Source: Chiloscyllium plagiosum
Taxonomy: Eukaryota
NCBI RefSeq assembly: GCF_004010195.1
Contig: NC_057718.1
Coordinates: 21,426,735 to 21,490,734, forward strand
DNA length: 64,000 nucleotides
Direction of reading: 5' to 3'
The notes below the pieces were generated by a model. The model was not told where the DNA came from. It saw only the letters and a list, made by a program, of their open reading frames with translations, and made no database searches. A program made the translations under genes and the position numbers. Below, one piece after another: positions 55,501 to 63,994 of this stretch (position 1 is the first letter of the stretch; each line of letters begins with the position of its first letter).

Positions 55501-58500
55501 TGCCAGCAGTTTGAGTCAATATCGAATCTCAAGCATTAAGGTTTACTAAACAAAAAAGGAACTCCAACACACTGTTATACACATCTTTTGACAGAGTTCC
55601 AGTGCAGTATGTTGCATATTTGGGTGTGATTGAAAGGTGGCAGAAAAGAAACTTGACTATAGCCTTTAAGCACTCCATAAGGGTTCAATCTCCATCGAGT
55701 GCCAGAGAACAAGATTCTGTATTTTAGTGTCCTGCTAAACAAAACTATGATTTTTATAATGTTATTCATACAAAACATAGGTCAGATATTATCTGAATAC
55801 AGTATAGCCTTTGGTCTCCCTTTTACTTAAAGAGTGTTTGATCTAGAGATAGATAAGAATGGTCTCAACTAAGCTACAGAGATAGTTTTGGCAGTGCTGA
55901 AGATGCAAAAATGTAGCGAGGATGTGATTCAGTTTTGTAAATTAAGGGCATCAATTATAAAGAAGTGGATAAATTGCATTGTTTTTAATAAACTTGACTG
56001 GGGGATGCAGACCTCCCTGGCTGAACCAGCATTTATTGCCCATCCCCAAATATTGTTGAAGTGGTGAGGTGAGCTGCAATCTTTAATTGCTACAGTCATT
56101 TGGTATAGGTACATTCACAATGTTGTTAGGGAGTTCTCGGGTTACGACCCAGAAAAACAAAAGGAATGACATTATACTTCCAAGTCACGATGGTGAATGG
56201 CTAAGAAGGAACTTGCAAGCATTTCCTTATATCAGCTGCCTTTGTCCTGCTAGACAGTAGTGCTTGTAAGTTTGGAACATGCTGTTTAAGTAGGCTTGGT
56301 GAATAGCAGTAGTGCATCCTGTAGATAGCGCATACTACTATGTTGGTAGTGAAAAGGTGTGGTTGCTGTGCCAATCATCTAGTCTGTCAAGGTTGCTTGC
56401 CTTGGGTGATATCAAGCTTCTTGAGTGCTGTTGGAGTTGTGCTCATCCAGGCAAATGGGGAGTATTCCGACAAACTCCTTACTTGTGCCTTGTAGATGGT
56501 GGACAGGCTTTCGAGAGTCAGGAGACAAGTAACTTGCTGTAGGATTCTTAGCACTGACCTGCTCCTATAGCCACAGTATTGGTTATTGCTTAGAAACAGG
56601 TATCAGCCATTTAAAATTAAGCATAGTTAGATGAATGATTCTTTTTCACAGAGTGGCCAATCATTGGTGAAGACTGGTTCCTTGAAAGCCTTCATGAAGG
56701 TTGGATAATGTGATCTTGTGGTTTTCCAAAAGTACAACAAAATACAGCTAAGATTGTGGGTAACAAGCAAAATTGTTTCCTGACACTTGCTTATTGCTTT
56801 TGAAGGGTCAGAGAACAGTTAGACACAAAAATTTCATTAACTACCTACAGATTGTATTTCCCTCCCAAATGGATACAACACAAAGTGTTCAGCTTACAAG
56901 GATATTCAAGTATGAAGTAGGATGAGCACTTTTTCTCATCCAGAGTATAGAACAATTAACTTACACTGTTAGTCACTAGCTATCAGTACAATAGAGAACT
57001 GGCTCATGGACAGGCAACAGTGAGTGGGGATAAGGAGGTTCTTTTTCAGATTGGTGACCCTTGACTAGTGGGGTCCTGCATAGTTCAGTGCTAGAACAAC
57101 AACTGCTTACAATATGCATTAATAATTTGGAGAAAGGAAGTGAATATATTGTCATCAAACCTGCAAATGACAAAAAAAGTCAGTAGAAAGTCAGGTTGTG
57201 ACAGAGGTACAGTTGATAAAGTGTGGCGCTGGAGAAAGCATAGTAGGTGAGGCATCATCTGAAGAGCAAGAAAGTCGACATTTCAGGCTTAACCCTTCAT
57301 CAGAACTGATTTAACAAATTTGGAATGATCCTTTAGAGCCTTGGACAGAGTTGAGTGGGGGGGTAAGGTCTGGGTGCAAGTCTTGCCTCTTATGGCAGCA
57401 GGAACCAGGTGTAGAGAGAGGAATGGTGGAGAGTGTGTACCTAATGAGGGAGTCACAGAGGGAGCAGTCCCTATAGAATGCAGGTAGGGCTAGGGAGGCA
57501 AATATATTTTTAGTGGAGAAAGTGAGGGCTGCAGATGCTGGAGATCAGAGCTGAAAATGTGTTGCTGGAAAAGTGCAGCAGGTCAGGCAGCATCCAGGGA
57601 ACAGGAGAATCGACGTTTCGGGCATAAGCCCTTCTTATGCCCGAAACGTCGATTCTCCTGTTCCTTGGCTGCTGCCTGACCTGCTGCGCTTTTCCAGCAA
57701 CACATTTTCAAATATATTTTTAGTGGTGAGATCTGACTATAGGTGGCAAAAATGGCAGAGGATGATACGCTGAATTTGGAGATTAGTGGTGGAATGTGAG
57801 GACCAGGGGGATTCTATCCTTGTTGCAGTTGGGGGATGGGGTTCGAGAGCAGAGGTGCAAGAAATGGAGGATGTGTGATTGAGGGCACTGTTAATAACAT
57901 GGGAGAGGAGGTTATGGTCCTGGAAGTAGGCGGACATCTGGAATGTCCTGGAGTGGAAGTGCTCACCCTGGGAGCAGATAGAGTGGAGGCGGAGGAATTG
58001 GGAGCTAGGGATTATGTTTTTACAGGATAAGGCAGGGGGTGTAGTCAAGGCAGCTGTGGCAGTCAGTGGGTTTGAAGTAAATGTCAATTGTTAAGTCAGT
58101 CGCCGGAGATGGAGGGGTTCAGGAAGGGGAGGGAGGCGTCGGGGATGATCCTGGTGAATTTGATGTCAGGGTGGAAGTGTTGGTGTTGTGGATGAACTGT
58201 TCAAGCTCCTCGTGGGAGCATGAGGTGCACCGATACAGTCATTGATGTAGCAGAGGAAAAAAAGTGGAGGATAGTGCCAGTGTAGCTGTGAAAGAGGAAC
58301 TGTTCCATGTATCCAAAGAGGCAAGCATAACTGGGACCCATGCAAGTATCCACAGCCACCCGTCTGGTTGTGGAAAGCAGGAGGATTGAAAGAAGGATGA
58401 GGACCAGTTTCGTCAATCAGAATGCACTGCTGCTATTCACCAAGCCTACTTAAACAGCATGTTACAAACCTACAACCACCACTGCCCAGCAGGACAAAGG

Positions 58501-61500
58501 CAGCTGATACAGGGGAATGACACTGCTTGCAAGTTCTTTCTAAGCCATTCACCATTGGAGGGGGACTGGGTGGGTCGGCAGGAGAGGAAGAAACAGAGGG
58601 CTTTGAGGCCTTTTTCATGGGGGATATGGGCTTAGAGGGACTGGCTGTTCTTCATAAAAATGAGGTATAAGGCGCCAAGTCATGGAAGAAGTGGAGGGCG
58701 TGGGTGGTGTCCAAATATATGTGGGAAGTTCCTGGATGAAAGGGGACTGGACAGAGTCGAGATAAGTTGAGAAGAGTTCAGTAGGATGTGAGCAGGCGCA
58801 GACAATTGGTTGACCAGGGGAATCAGATTTGTGGATTTTGGGTAAGAGATGTGTGGGATTGGGAAACTAGGAGATTGGAGGCTGAGGATGGGAGATCACC
58901 TGAGGTGATGATTTTGTGGATGGTCTTGGAGATGATGGTTTGGTGTTGAGAGAAAGGAGCGAGAGAGAAAGCAGGAAATTATAGACCAGTTAGTCTGACC
59001 TCAGTGGTGGGAAAGATGCTGGAGTCAATTGTAAAGGATGAAACTATGACACAGTTGGATAGCAAGGTTAAGTCAGAGTCAGCATGGATTTATGAAGGGG
59101 AAATCATGCTTGACTAATCTTCTATGGTATCAGCAATAACATTAGCAAATTTGCTGATGATACAAAGCTGGGTGGCAGGGTGAAACGTGAGGAGGTTGTT
59201 AGGAGATTACAGGGTGACCTGGACAGATTAGGTGAGTGAACAGATGTATGGCAGATGCAGTTTAATGTGGATAAATGTATGGTTATCCACTTTGGCGGCA
59301 AGAACAAGAAAGCAGATTACTACCTAAATGGAGTCAAGTTAGGTAAAGGGGCAGTACAAAGAGATCTGGGTGTTCTTGTACACCAGTCAATGAAGGTAAG
59401 CATACAGGTACAGAAGGTAGTGAAGAAAGCTAGGTAGCAAGAACAGGAAGGCAGACTACTACCTCAATGGAATCAATTTATGTAAAGGGGCAGTACAGAG
59501 AGATCTGGGTGTTCTTGTACACCAGTCAATGAAGATAAGCATACAGGCACAGAAGGTAGTGAAGAAAGCTAATAGCATGTAGCCTTCATAACAAGAGGGA
59601 TTGAGTATAGAAGAAAAGAGGTTCTTCTACAGCTGTACAGGGCCCTGGTGAGACCGCACCTGGAATATTGTGTGTAGTGTGTAGTTCTGGTCTCCAAATT
59701 TGAGGAAAGACATTCTGGCTATTGAGGGAGTGCAGCGTAGGTTCACGAGGTCAATTCCTGGAATGGCAGGACTATCTTATGTTGAAAGATTGGAGTGACT
59801 GGGCTTGTATACCCTTGAGTTTAGAAGACTGAGGGGGGATCTGATTGAGACGTATAAGATTATTAAAGGATTGTATGCTCTGGAGGCAGGAAACATGATT
59901 CCGCCGATGGGTGAGTCCTGAACCAGAGGACACAGTTTAAACATAAGGGGTAGGCCATTTAGGACAGAGATGAGGAGAAACTTCTTCACCCAGAGAGAGG
60001 TGGATGTGTGGAATGCTCTGCCCCAGAAGGCAGTGGAGGCCCAGTCTCTGGATTCGTTTAAGAAAGAGTTGGATAGAGCTCTCAAGGATAGTGGAATCCA
60101 GGGTTATGGAGATAAGGCAGGAACAAGATACTGATTGAGGATGATCAGCCATGATCATAATGAATGGTGGTGCAGGCTCGAAAGGCAGAATGGCCTACTC
60201 CTGCACCTATTGTCTATTGAGGGGTGAGGTCACGGTTAAAGTGCGGTAGGATGTAGTGTCGGTGAGTTGGCATCTGCCCTCAGCGATGTATAGGTTGGTG
60301 CGCCATACAATCACCGCACTTCACTTCTCAGTAGGTTTGATGGGGAGGTTGGGGTTAGAGCGGAGGGAGTGGAGGGCTGCGCGTTGCAAGGATGGGAAGC
60401 TGAAGTGAGTGAGATGGGTGAAGAGATTGAGGCAGTTAATGTTGTGACAGCAGTTGAAGATGTAGAGGTCAAGGGGAGTAAGAGGCCAGCACAGGGTGTT
60501 CAAGAAGATGAAATTTGTTGGAGGTGGGAGAAGACATCTTCGGAAGGTGGATGTGAGTCACGATTGAGAAAGGAAACACAGAGACCAAGGCAATGGAAGA
60601 AAAGTTCAACATCGTGACGCATATGAAATTCGTTGATGTGGGCATACAGTGTAATGAGGGTGTCTTCAGTAAGGGGGAGGATGGTGAATACCCAGCAGCT
60701 TGCAGCTGGGGCCAAGTGTTGATCTGGAGTTGGGAGTGGGGGTGGCTGGGAGTGGTCATGTGATCAGCGATATCAGCAATCACATGATTGAAAGGTTAAA
60801 TCCGAAAAGGTGGACTTCCTTGCTCCTTAGATGCTGCCTGATTGCGGTGCTTTTTTCCAGCACACTTGATCAACTCTGACTTCTCCAGCATCTGCAATCC
60901 TCACTATCTCCAAGCTACAGAGATATAAACAAACAGATTAATGAGAGGATGTTTTCCCTCATGGGACAGCCTAGGACTGGAGGGCATAGTCTAAAATTAA
61001 AGGGATGTCAACTTAAAATTGAAATAAGGAGGAATTTCTTCAAGAGGGTTAAAAGAGTCTTGCCACAGAGAGCTGCGGGTATTGAATCTTTGTGTATATT
61101 TAAGGTTGAGAAAGATAAATAAATTCTTGATCAGTAGGGAAATCGAGGTTTATGGGGAAAGGGCAGGGAAGTGAACGTGAGAAATGTTGGATCTGCCACG
61201 ATCCTATTGAATGTCAGACCAAGTTAATGCGGCCAAGTGGTCTACTTCTAATGGTCTTACCTATTCCCAAGACTCCACCGTCAGAACAATTAGTTACAGT
61301 CTCAGCTGGAGGTGGTTTTGGATAGAGGCATCTATAACAAGGGCCACCGTTGTAGTTATATACTGTGAGCTGAAAAGTTAACAAAATAAAAAGGTTACCA
61401 CCTAAAAACCCTCAGTGTCAAAAACAAACAACAATTATGATGAGTACTTTAATGGCAGCACGGTTGCAGTGTGGTTAGCATTGCTGCCCCACAGCACCAG

Positions 61501-62950
61501 GCACCTGGATTTGATCCCAGCTTTGGGCAACTATCTCTGTGGAGTTTGCATGCTCTCCCAGTTTCTGTATTGGTTTTCTCTGGGTGCTCCAATTTCTTGC
61601 ACAGTCCAAAGATGAGCAGGTTAGGTGGATTGGCCATGCTAAAGATTGCGACATAGTGTCCAGGGATATGTAGGTTAGGTGGACTGGCCAGAATAAAAAA
61701 AAAACAAGGTTATGGGTGGGTGGTGGGTGCGCACTTTGGAGGGTCAGTGCAGATTTCATGGGCCTATTGGCCACTTTCTGCACTGTTGGAATTCTATGGT
61801 TTAACCACAAAGCCAACTATTTCCCAACTACATTCTAATTTACCTCATCTTTCCTCTTACTCCTTTCATTGTGACATGTAATCATCAAATTAATCCTTCC
61901 TCTCAGTTTCTCTCAAAAAGAGACCAATATACTTTAGCAGTTTTGTATAAGAACAAGACAAGTAGGAGTAGAAGATAATCAGCCCTTCAAACCCATTCCA
62001 TAATTCAATGGAATAATGGCTGCCTCTATTCGACTTTCTCATTCATTCCCCATATTATCTGATCTCTGAATCAGTAAACATCTGTCCAATAGCCTTTAAT
62101 ATATTAATGATTGAGGCTCCATTATATTTGTGGGTAGGGAATTCTTAAGATTCAAAACTGTAAAGAAATTTCAAATTATTCAAATGTTTATCCTACCATG
62201 CAATGAGCCATTTCAATCACATTGAATGGGTCTGGCATCACATACGTACCACAGTGGGTAAAGATGGAAGACTTCATTGCCTGAAGGACATTGATAAATC
62301 TGATGGGTTGCAATTTAGCCATTACAGAGACTAGTACTATATTTCAGCTTCCAGATGCCATGGTGGGACTTGAACCTGTCCATTTCAGAAATCCTAGTAT
62401 CTATCATGCAAGCTACTTAAAAGGTTTGTATTTGACGTCAGTGAAGCAGGAAAAGATTTCCTCAGATGAAACTCAAATTCCTTTGTTGACTGGTTTTACT
62501 CAAGCAGATACATGAGAAAGAATATGAACCTGGGATCTCTAGATTACTAGTCTACAGTGTACAAAACATTATAACATGGCCACCCATTTGTCTCCTGTTC
62601 AATCTAGATCAATAACACTTTAAATGTAAACATCTGTGAAATAAAAGTTTTAAGTATTTGTTATTATTTCTTTACCTGTCCCTCCATCCTTAGAGCACTA
62701 GCTGATACCAGTGGCTTCCCATTCAGAACACAAGCGTCATTGACAAGAAACCGTGTAGGGACATTGTCAGAGCAATCCACTACAATGTCATATTTGAAGA
62801 AATTAGTTAAGAATAATCTAAATAATCAAAAATACTTTAATCCTCATCACAAAAACCACCATTAAAAAAGGATATTGTTGAATAAGTTGCCTTGCATTCT
62901 TGTAGCTCAACTGAAAATGATATGGTATGCATTCAACATTTGAATTTAGC
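15465..62950 (-). CDS. MOCS3: MOCS3/UBA4 adenylyltransferase and sulfurtransferase, 5'-incomplete: 9 coding exons in the window, N-terminal exons beyond 64000
   Basis: The spliced translation is open and collinear with the MOCS3 family: [10 protein letters not shown]...[23 protein letters not shown]...[28 protein letters not shown]...CAVCGDNPT...[14 protein letters not shown]...[15 protein letters not shown]...[21 protein letters not shown]. All exon phases match. Confidence 0.97.
16240..17220 (-). mobile_element. Decayed CR1 LINE fragment
   Basis: Reverse complement of CR1 RT and 3' region motifs (ADD, catctgccact, aagaaattctt). Confidence 0.8.
19360..22612 (+). mobile_element. Nested cluster: CR1 (19360-19780, resuming 22125-22612) interrupted by a Rex/Babar-like LINE (about 19780-22120) that holds a MITE and a Penelope tail
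   Basis: CR1 KFADDTK-type sequence. LINE peptide LPNELNVF...[11 protein letters not shown]. An inverted LINE fragment lies at about 21620-21990. The Rex/Babar assignment is tentative. Confidence 0.7.
20264..20851. mobile_element. Tc1/mariner-type MITE, same family as 1327-2027 in the opposite orientation
   Basis: TA|CAGAGGAA...CCACTG|TA, with extensive reverse-complement similarity to 1327-2027. Confidence 0.87.
25465..25882 (+). mobile_element. Decayed Penelope 3' fragment containing an expanded (GA)n microsatellite at 25545-25599
   Basis: [27 protein letters not shown]...FLEAWFS, a degenerate hammerhead, and a tail resembling 13040-13066. Confidence 0.7.
27190..28490 (+). mobile_element. 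CR1 fragment interrupted by a Penelope insertion
   Basis: [28 protein letters not shown], with the CR1 sequence resuming after 28116. Confidence 0.85.
27320..28115 (-). mobile_element. Penelope-like insertion with a 14-bp TSD
   Basis: TTGAGAAAGGATGT at 27306-27319 and 28116-28129. [15 protein letters not shown] and [11 protein letters not shown] motifs, plus a short inverted tail at the right end. Confidence 0.9.
29053..30265 (+). mobile_element. CR1 LINE fragment
   Basis: [24 protein letters not shown]...IYINDLD and [11 protein letters not shown], followed by the 3' tail. Confidence 0.9.
31077..31558. mobile_element. Old TIR MITE (Tc1/mariner-like)
   Basis: Imperfect TIRs CAACAAACTTTTATTAACTGGCAC / GTGCTGGTTAAACAAAGTTTGCTG followed by TA. 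Confidence 0.65.
31590..33255 (+). mobile_element. Heavily decayed CR1 LINE
   Basis: Remnants of [18 protein letters not shown] and IWNALP. Contains a (TA)n tract at 32588-32619. Confidence 0.75.
33763..33873 (-). CDS. MOCS3: MOCS3 exon, 111 nt: [36 protein letters not shown](V)
   Basis: Acceptor tttcctatacatgatgccag, donor gtacag. Phases (1 and 1) fit both neighbouring exons. Confidence 0.88.
33874..34974 (-). other. U12-type GT-AG intron (1101 nt)
   Basis: 5' end GTATCCTTT. Variant branch motif TTTCCTATAC (33893-33884), then atgatgccag, with no polypyrimidine tract. Confidence 0.87.
34247..34380. mobile_element. Short fold-back Penelope-tail element with a 14-bp TSD
   Basis: TAGTTTAAACTTTA at 34233-34246 and 34381-34394. 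Same family as 9561-9780. Confidence 0.87.
34975..35071 (-). CDS. MOCS3: MOCS3 exon, 97 nt: [32 protein letters not shown](Y)
   Basis: Acceptor catttcag, donor GTATCCTTT (U12 consensus). Contains the rhodanese DVR motif. Confidence 0.95.
35353..35400 (-). CDS. MOCS3: MOCS3 exon, 48 nt: [16 protein letters not shown]
   Basis: Acceptor ctttccaattttag, donor gtaaga, phase 0-0. Matches the MOCS3 interdomain linker. Confidence 0.9.
35640..35963 (+). mobile_element. DeuSINE/SacSINE1-like SINE (related minus-strand copy at about 62200-62550)
   Basis: B-box-like GGTTCAAATTCC, central ctggttcactaatgtcctttagggaag...tgactccagacccacagc, and a 3' tail shared with the LINE ending at 50130. Confidence 0.65.
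36372..36635 (-). mobile_element. HE1-like SINE (5'-truncated)
   Basis: Body and tail match 14402-14692. Confidence 0.8.
36840..37040. mobile_element. Fold-back Penelope-tail element with a 17-bp TSD
   Basis: ACTCGCTAC(G/A)CTACTCT at 36823-36839 and 37041-37057. The inverted arms meet near 36950. Confidence 0.87.
39790..42375 (+). mobile_element. CR1 LINE 3' part split by an LTR element (39790-40279 and 42228-42375)
   Basis: The CR1 sequence stops at ggggcaacattttaa and resumes at atggatacatgaataggaaagg. Confidence 0.85.
40289..42227 (-). mobile_element. Internally deleted LTR retrotransposon: 5' LTR 42227-41634, gag remnant about 41500-41100, PPT 40621-40611, truncated 3' LTR 40610-40289
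   Basis: Direct repeats both start TGTCACATTG on the minus strand, and the 5' LTR ends CATAACA. AAGGAAGAAGG precedes the 3' LTR. A coiled-coil gag-like peptide is present. The LTR resembles 3449-4101. Confidence 0.82.
42768..43020 (+). mobile_element. HE1-like SINE
   Basis: GTGGCTCAGTGCTTAGC...GGTTTGATTGC head and CR1-like tail. Confidence 0.8.
43922..44131. repeat. Perfect 91-bp direct duplication with a 28-bp spacer
   Basis: 43922-44012 equals 44041-44131. The spacer is gatgaacttggacttcaccagtttcttc. Confidence 0.93.
44160..44323 (-). CDS. MOCS3: MOCS3 exon, 164 nt: [54 protein letters not shown]
   Basis: TCCTTAAC branch point then cag acceptor, donor gttaga. Contains the second CxxC (CAVC) and DYExFCG. 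Confidence 0.96.
45320..45626 (+). mobile_element. HE1-like SINE inside a U12 intron
   Basis: Matches 53679-53973. Confidence 0.82.
45823..45840 (+). promoter_or_regulatory. Candidate CTCF motif
   Basis: TGCCACAAGGGGGCAGTA is close to the CTCF core consensus. Motif match only. Confidence 0.4.
46054..46116 (-). CDS. MOCS3: MOCS3 exon, 63 nt: (V)[20 protein letters not shown](S)
   Basis: Acceptor ttttcatattgtag, donor GTATCTTTT (U12-like). Contains the QALEVLK motif. Confidence 0.95.
47181..50130 (+). mobile_element. Decayed CR1-group LINE (endonuclease + RT remnants); shorter relatives at about 51590-52355 (+) and 55990-56580 (-)
   Basis: [52 protein letters not shown] and [10 protein letters not shown], with tail caccttctcaagggc...ataaatgctggcc. 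Confidence 0.85.
50437..50647. mobile_element. Short TA-flanked MITE
   Basis: TA|CAGGTAGTTCTTCTATAA...TTATAGTAGAACGATCTG|TA. Confidence 0.75.
53679..53973 (+). mobile_element. HE1-like SINE running into a gap
   Basis: GTGGCTCAGTGGTTAGC and GGTTTGATTCC boxes, tail gggccgaagggcctgtttccac. Confidence 0.87.
54203..54830 (-). mobile_element. CR1 LINE fragment
   Basis: YINDLD...[10 protein letters not shown]...[16 protein letters not shown]. Confidence 0.9.
57517..57708. mobile_element. Fold-back Penelope-tail element with an 18-bp TSD
   Basis: CAAATATATTTTTAGTGG at 57499-57516 and 57709-57726. The arms meet near 57632. Confidence 0.88.
58950..60220 (+). mobile_element. CR1 LINE with an internal deletion and a tandem duplication of about 135 bp (59298-59432 / 59437-59571)
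   Basis: [23 protein letters not shown] and [12 protein letters not shown], followed by the 3' tail. Confidence 0.9.
61261..61369 (-). CDS. MOCS3: MOCS3 exon, 109 nt: [36 protein letters not shown](V)
   Basis: Acceptor taacttttcag, donor gtaaga. Contains the Zn-binding CYRC motif and the conserved TNC cysteine. Confidence 0.96.
61454..61797 (+). mobile_element. HE1-like SINE (diverged)
   Basis: gcagcacggttgcagtgtggttagc head; body matches the other copies. Confidence 0.75.
62676..62793 (-). CDS. MOCS3: MOCS3 exon, 118 nt: [39 protein letters not shown]
   Basis: ThiF/MoeB DCSDN motif and donor gtaaag. The 5' boundary is inferred from the phase and a U12 branch point (acceptor ends in AA). 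Confidence 0.93.
62794..62875 (-). other. U12-type intron with AT-AA termini (82 nt)
   Basis: 5' end ATATCCTTT, branch motif TTCTTAAC (62813-62806), then taatttcttcAA. Splicing gives CA|A TAT (Gln-Tyr) in frame. Confidence 0.85.
62876..62950 (-). CDS. MOCS3: MOCS3 exon, 75 nt: (R)[24 protein letters not shown](Q)
   Basis: Acceptor tttcttgtccacag, donor ATATCCTTT (U12 type). The peptide matches the MOCS3 LNSxVECVPY segment. Confidence 0.92.
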
Positions 62951-63489
62951 CTGTGGACAAGAAATAATAATTCAAAATTAATACATTGATTTAAAAAAAT
63001 ACTTGTTTGTCTGATACCCTTCTAAATGGTTAGATGCCTGCACATCTGTCAATGAAGTAAGATGACAAGGTGGTTATGGGTAAAATGGTACAAGTTAACA
63101 TGCACAATTGATCTTAGTGACCAGTGAGAAACCCATGAAAGACTGTTGCTTCTCCAGGTCATCAGAAGGGACAGAATTATTTTTAAAACTTTTGCAATGC
63201 CCTATACAGAGCAACGGAGCGCATCATATTCTGCAAGTGGAAGGCCAATAAAAACTGAAAAACATGTTTGAAGAACTGTGATGTCTACTGCGCAATCCTT
63301 TTACCTCTTGTAGTTTTGAATATAATTCAAACTGATGGAATGCAACTCTCCTTTATCAGTTGATTAACAGTCCAAAGGGAAATCTGTTTTAGTAGTTTCA
63401 CATTCTGCATAGGTTAAACACAGGAAACTTTAAATGATTTAACGTTAGTTGCCATAAAACAGTCAATCCTTTCAAGGATGTGACCTGAA

Positions 63490-63855
63490 AGAAGCTTACA
63501 AAATCATGAGGGGCATGGATAGGATAAATATACAAAGTCTCTTCCCTGGGGTGGGAGAGTCCAGAACTAGAGGGCACAGGTTTAGGGTGAGAGGGGAAAA
63601 AATATAAAAGAGACCTCAGGGGCAACTTTATCACACAGAGGGTGGTATGTGTATGGAATGAGTTGCCAAAGGAAGTGGTGGAGGGGAGTACAATTGCAAC
63701 ATTTAATACGCATCTGGATGGGTATATGAATAGGAAGAGTTTGGAGGGATATGGGCCGGGTGCTGGCAGGTGGGATAGATTGGGGTGGGATATCCATAGA
63801 CAAGTTGGACCGAAGGGTTTATTTCCGTGCTGTACATCCCTATGATTCTATGATG
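63490..63855 (+). mobile_element. CR1 LINE 3' end
   Basis: VCVWNELPKEVVE and tail ggaccgaagggtttatttccgtgctgtac. Confidence 0.88.
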
Positions 63856-63994
63856 TACATGGTCAATGTAAGAAAAGCAAAGGAGTTGGAAGTTGCACGT
63901 TGCACTTTAATGCATATGACAGGGTTACTCTCGAGGGACCTTTACTTCATGAAAATAATTAAAAGCTGACTGTACATTAATGGCTGCAATATAC

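Larger units (their letters stand above)
57213..60910 (-). mobile_element. Decayed Penelope-like element with inverted terminal repeats, inserted in a CR1 and carrying nested insertions
   Basis: [14 protein letters not shown] and MGPSYACLF motifs. Hammerhead-derived tails at about 57215-57305 (-) and 60785-60910 (+). CR1 flanks at 56990-57210 and 60910-61259. Confidence 0.75.

Noticed and set aside
62794..62817. Canonical AG acceptor at 62819-62818 extending the exon by LFLTNFFK
   Set aside because: It would leave a 58-nt AT-AG intron with no branch motif and put an 8-aa insertion in a conserved region. The extension itself contains the U12 branch sequence.
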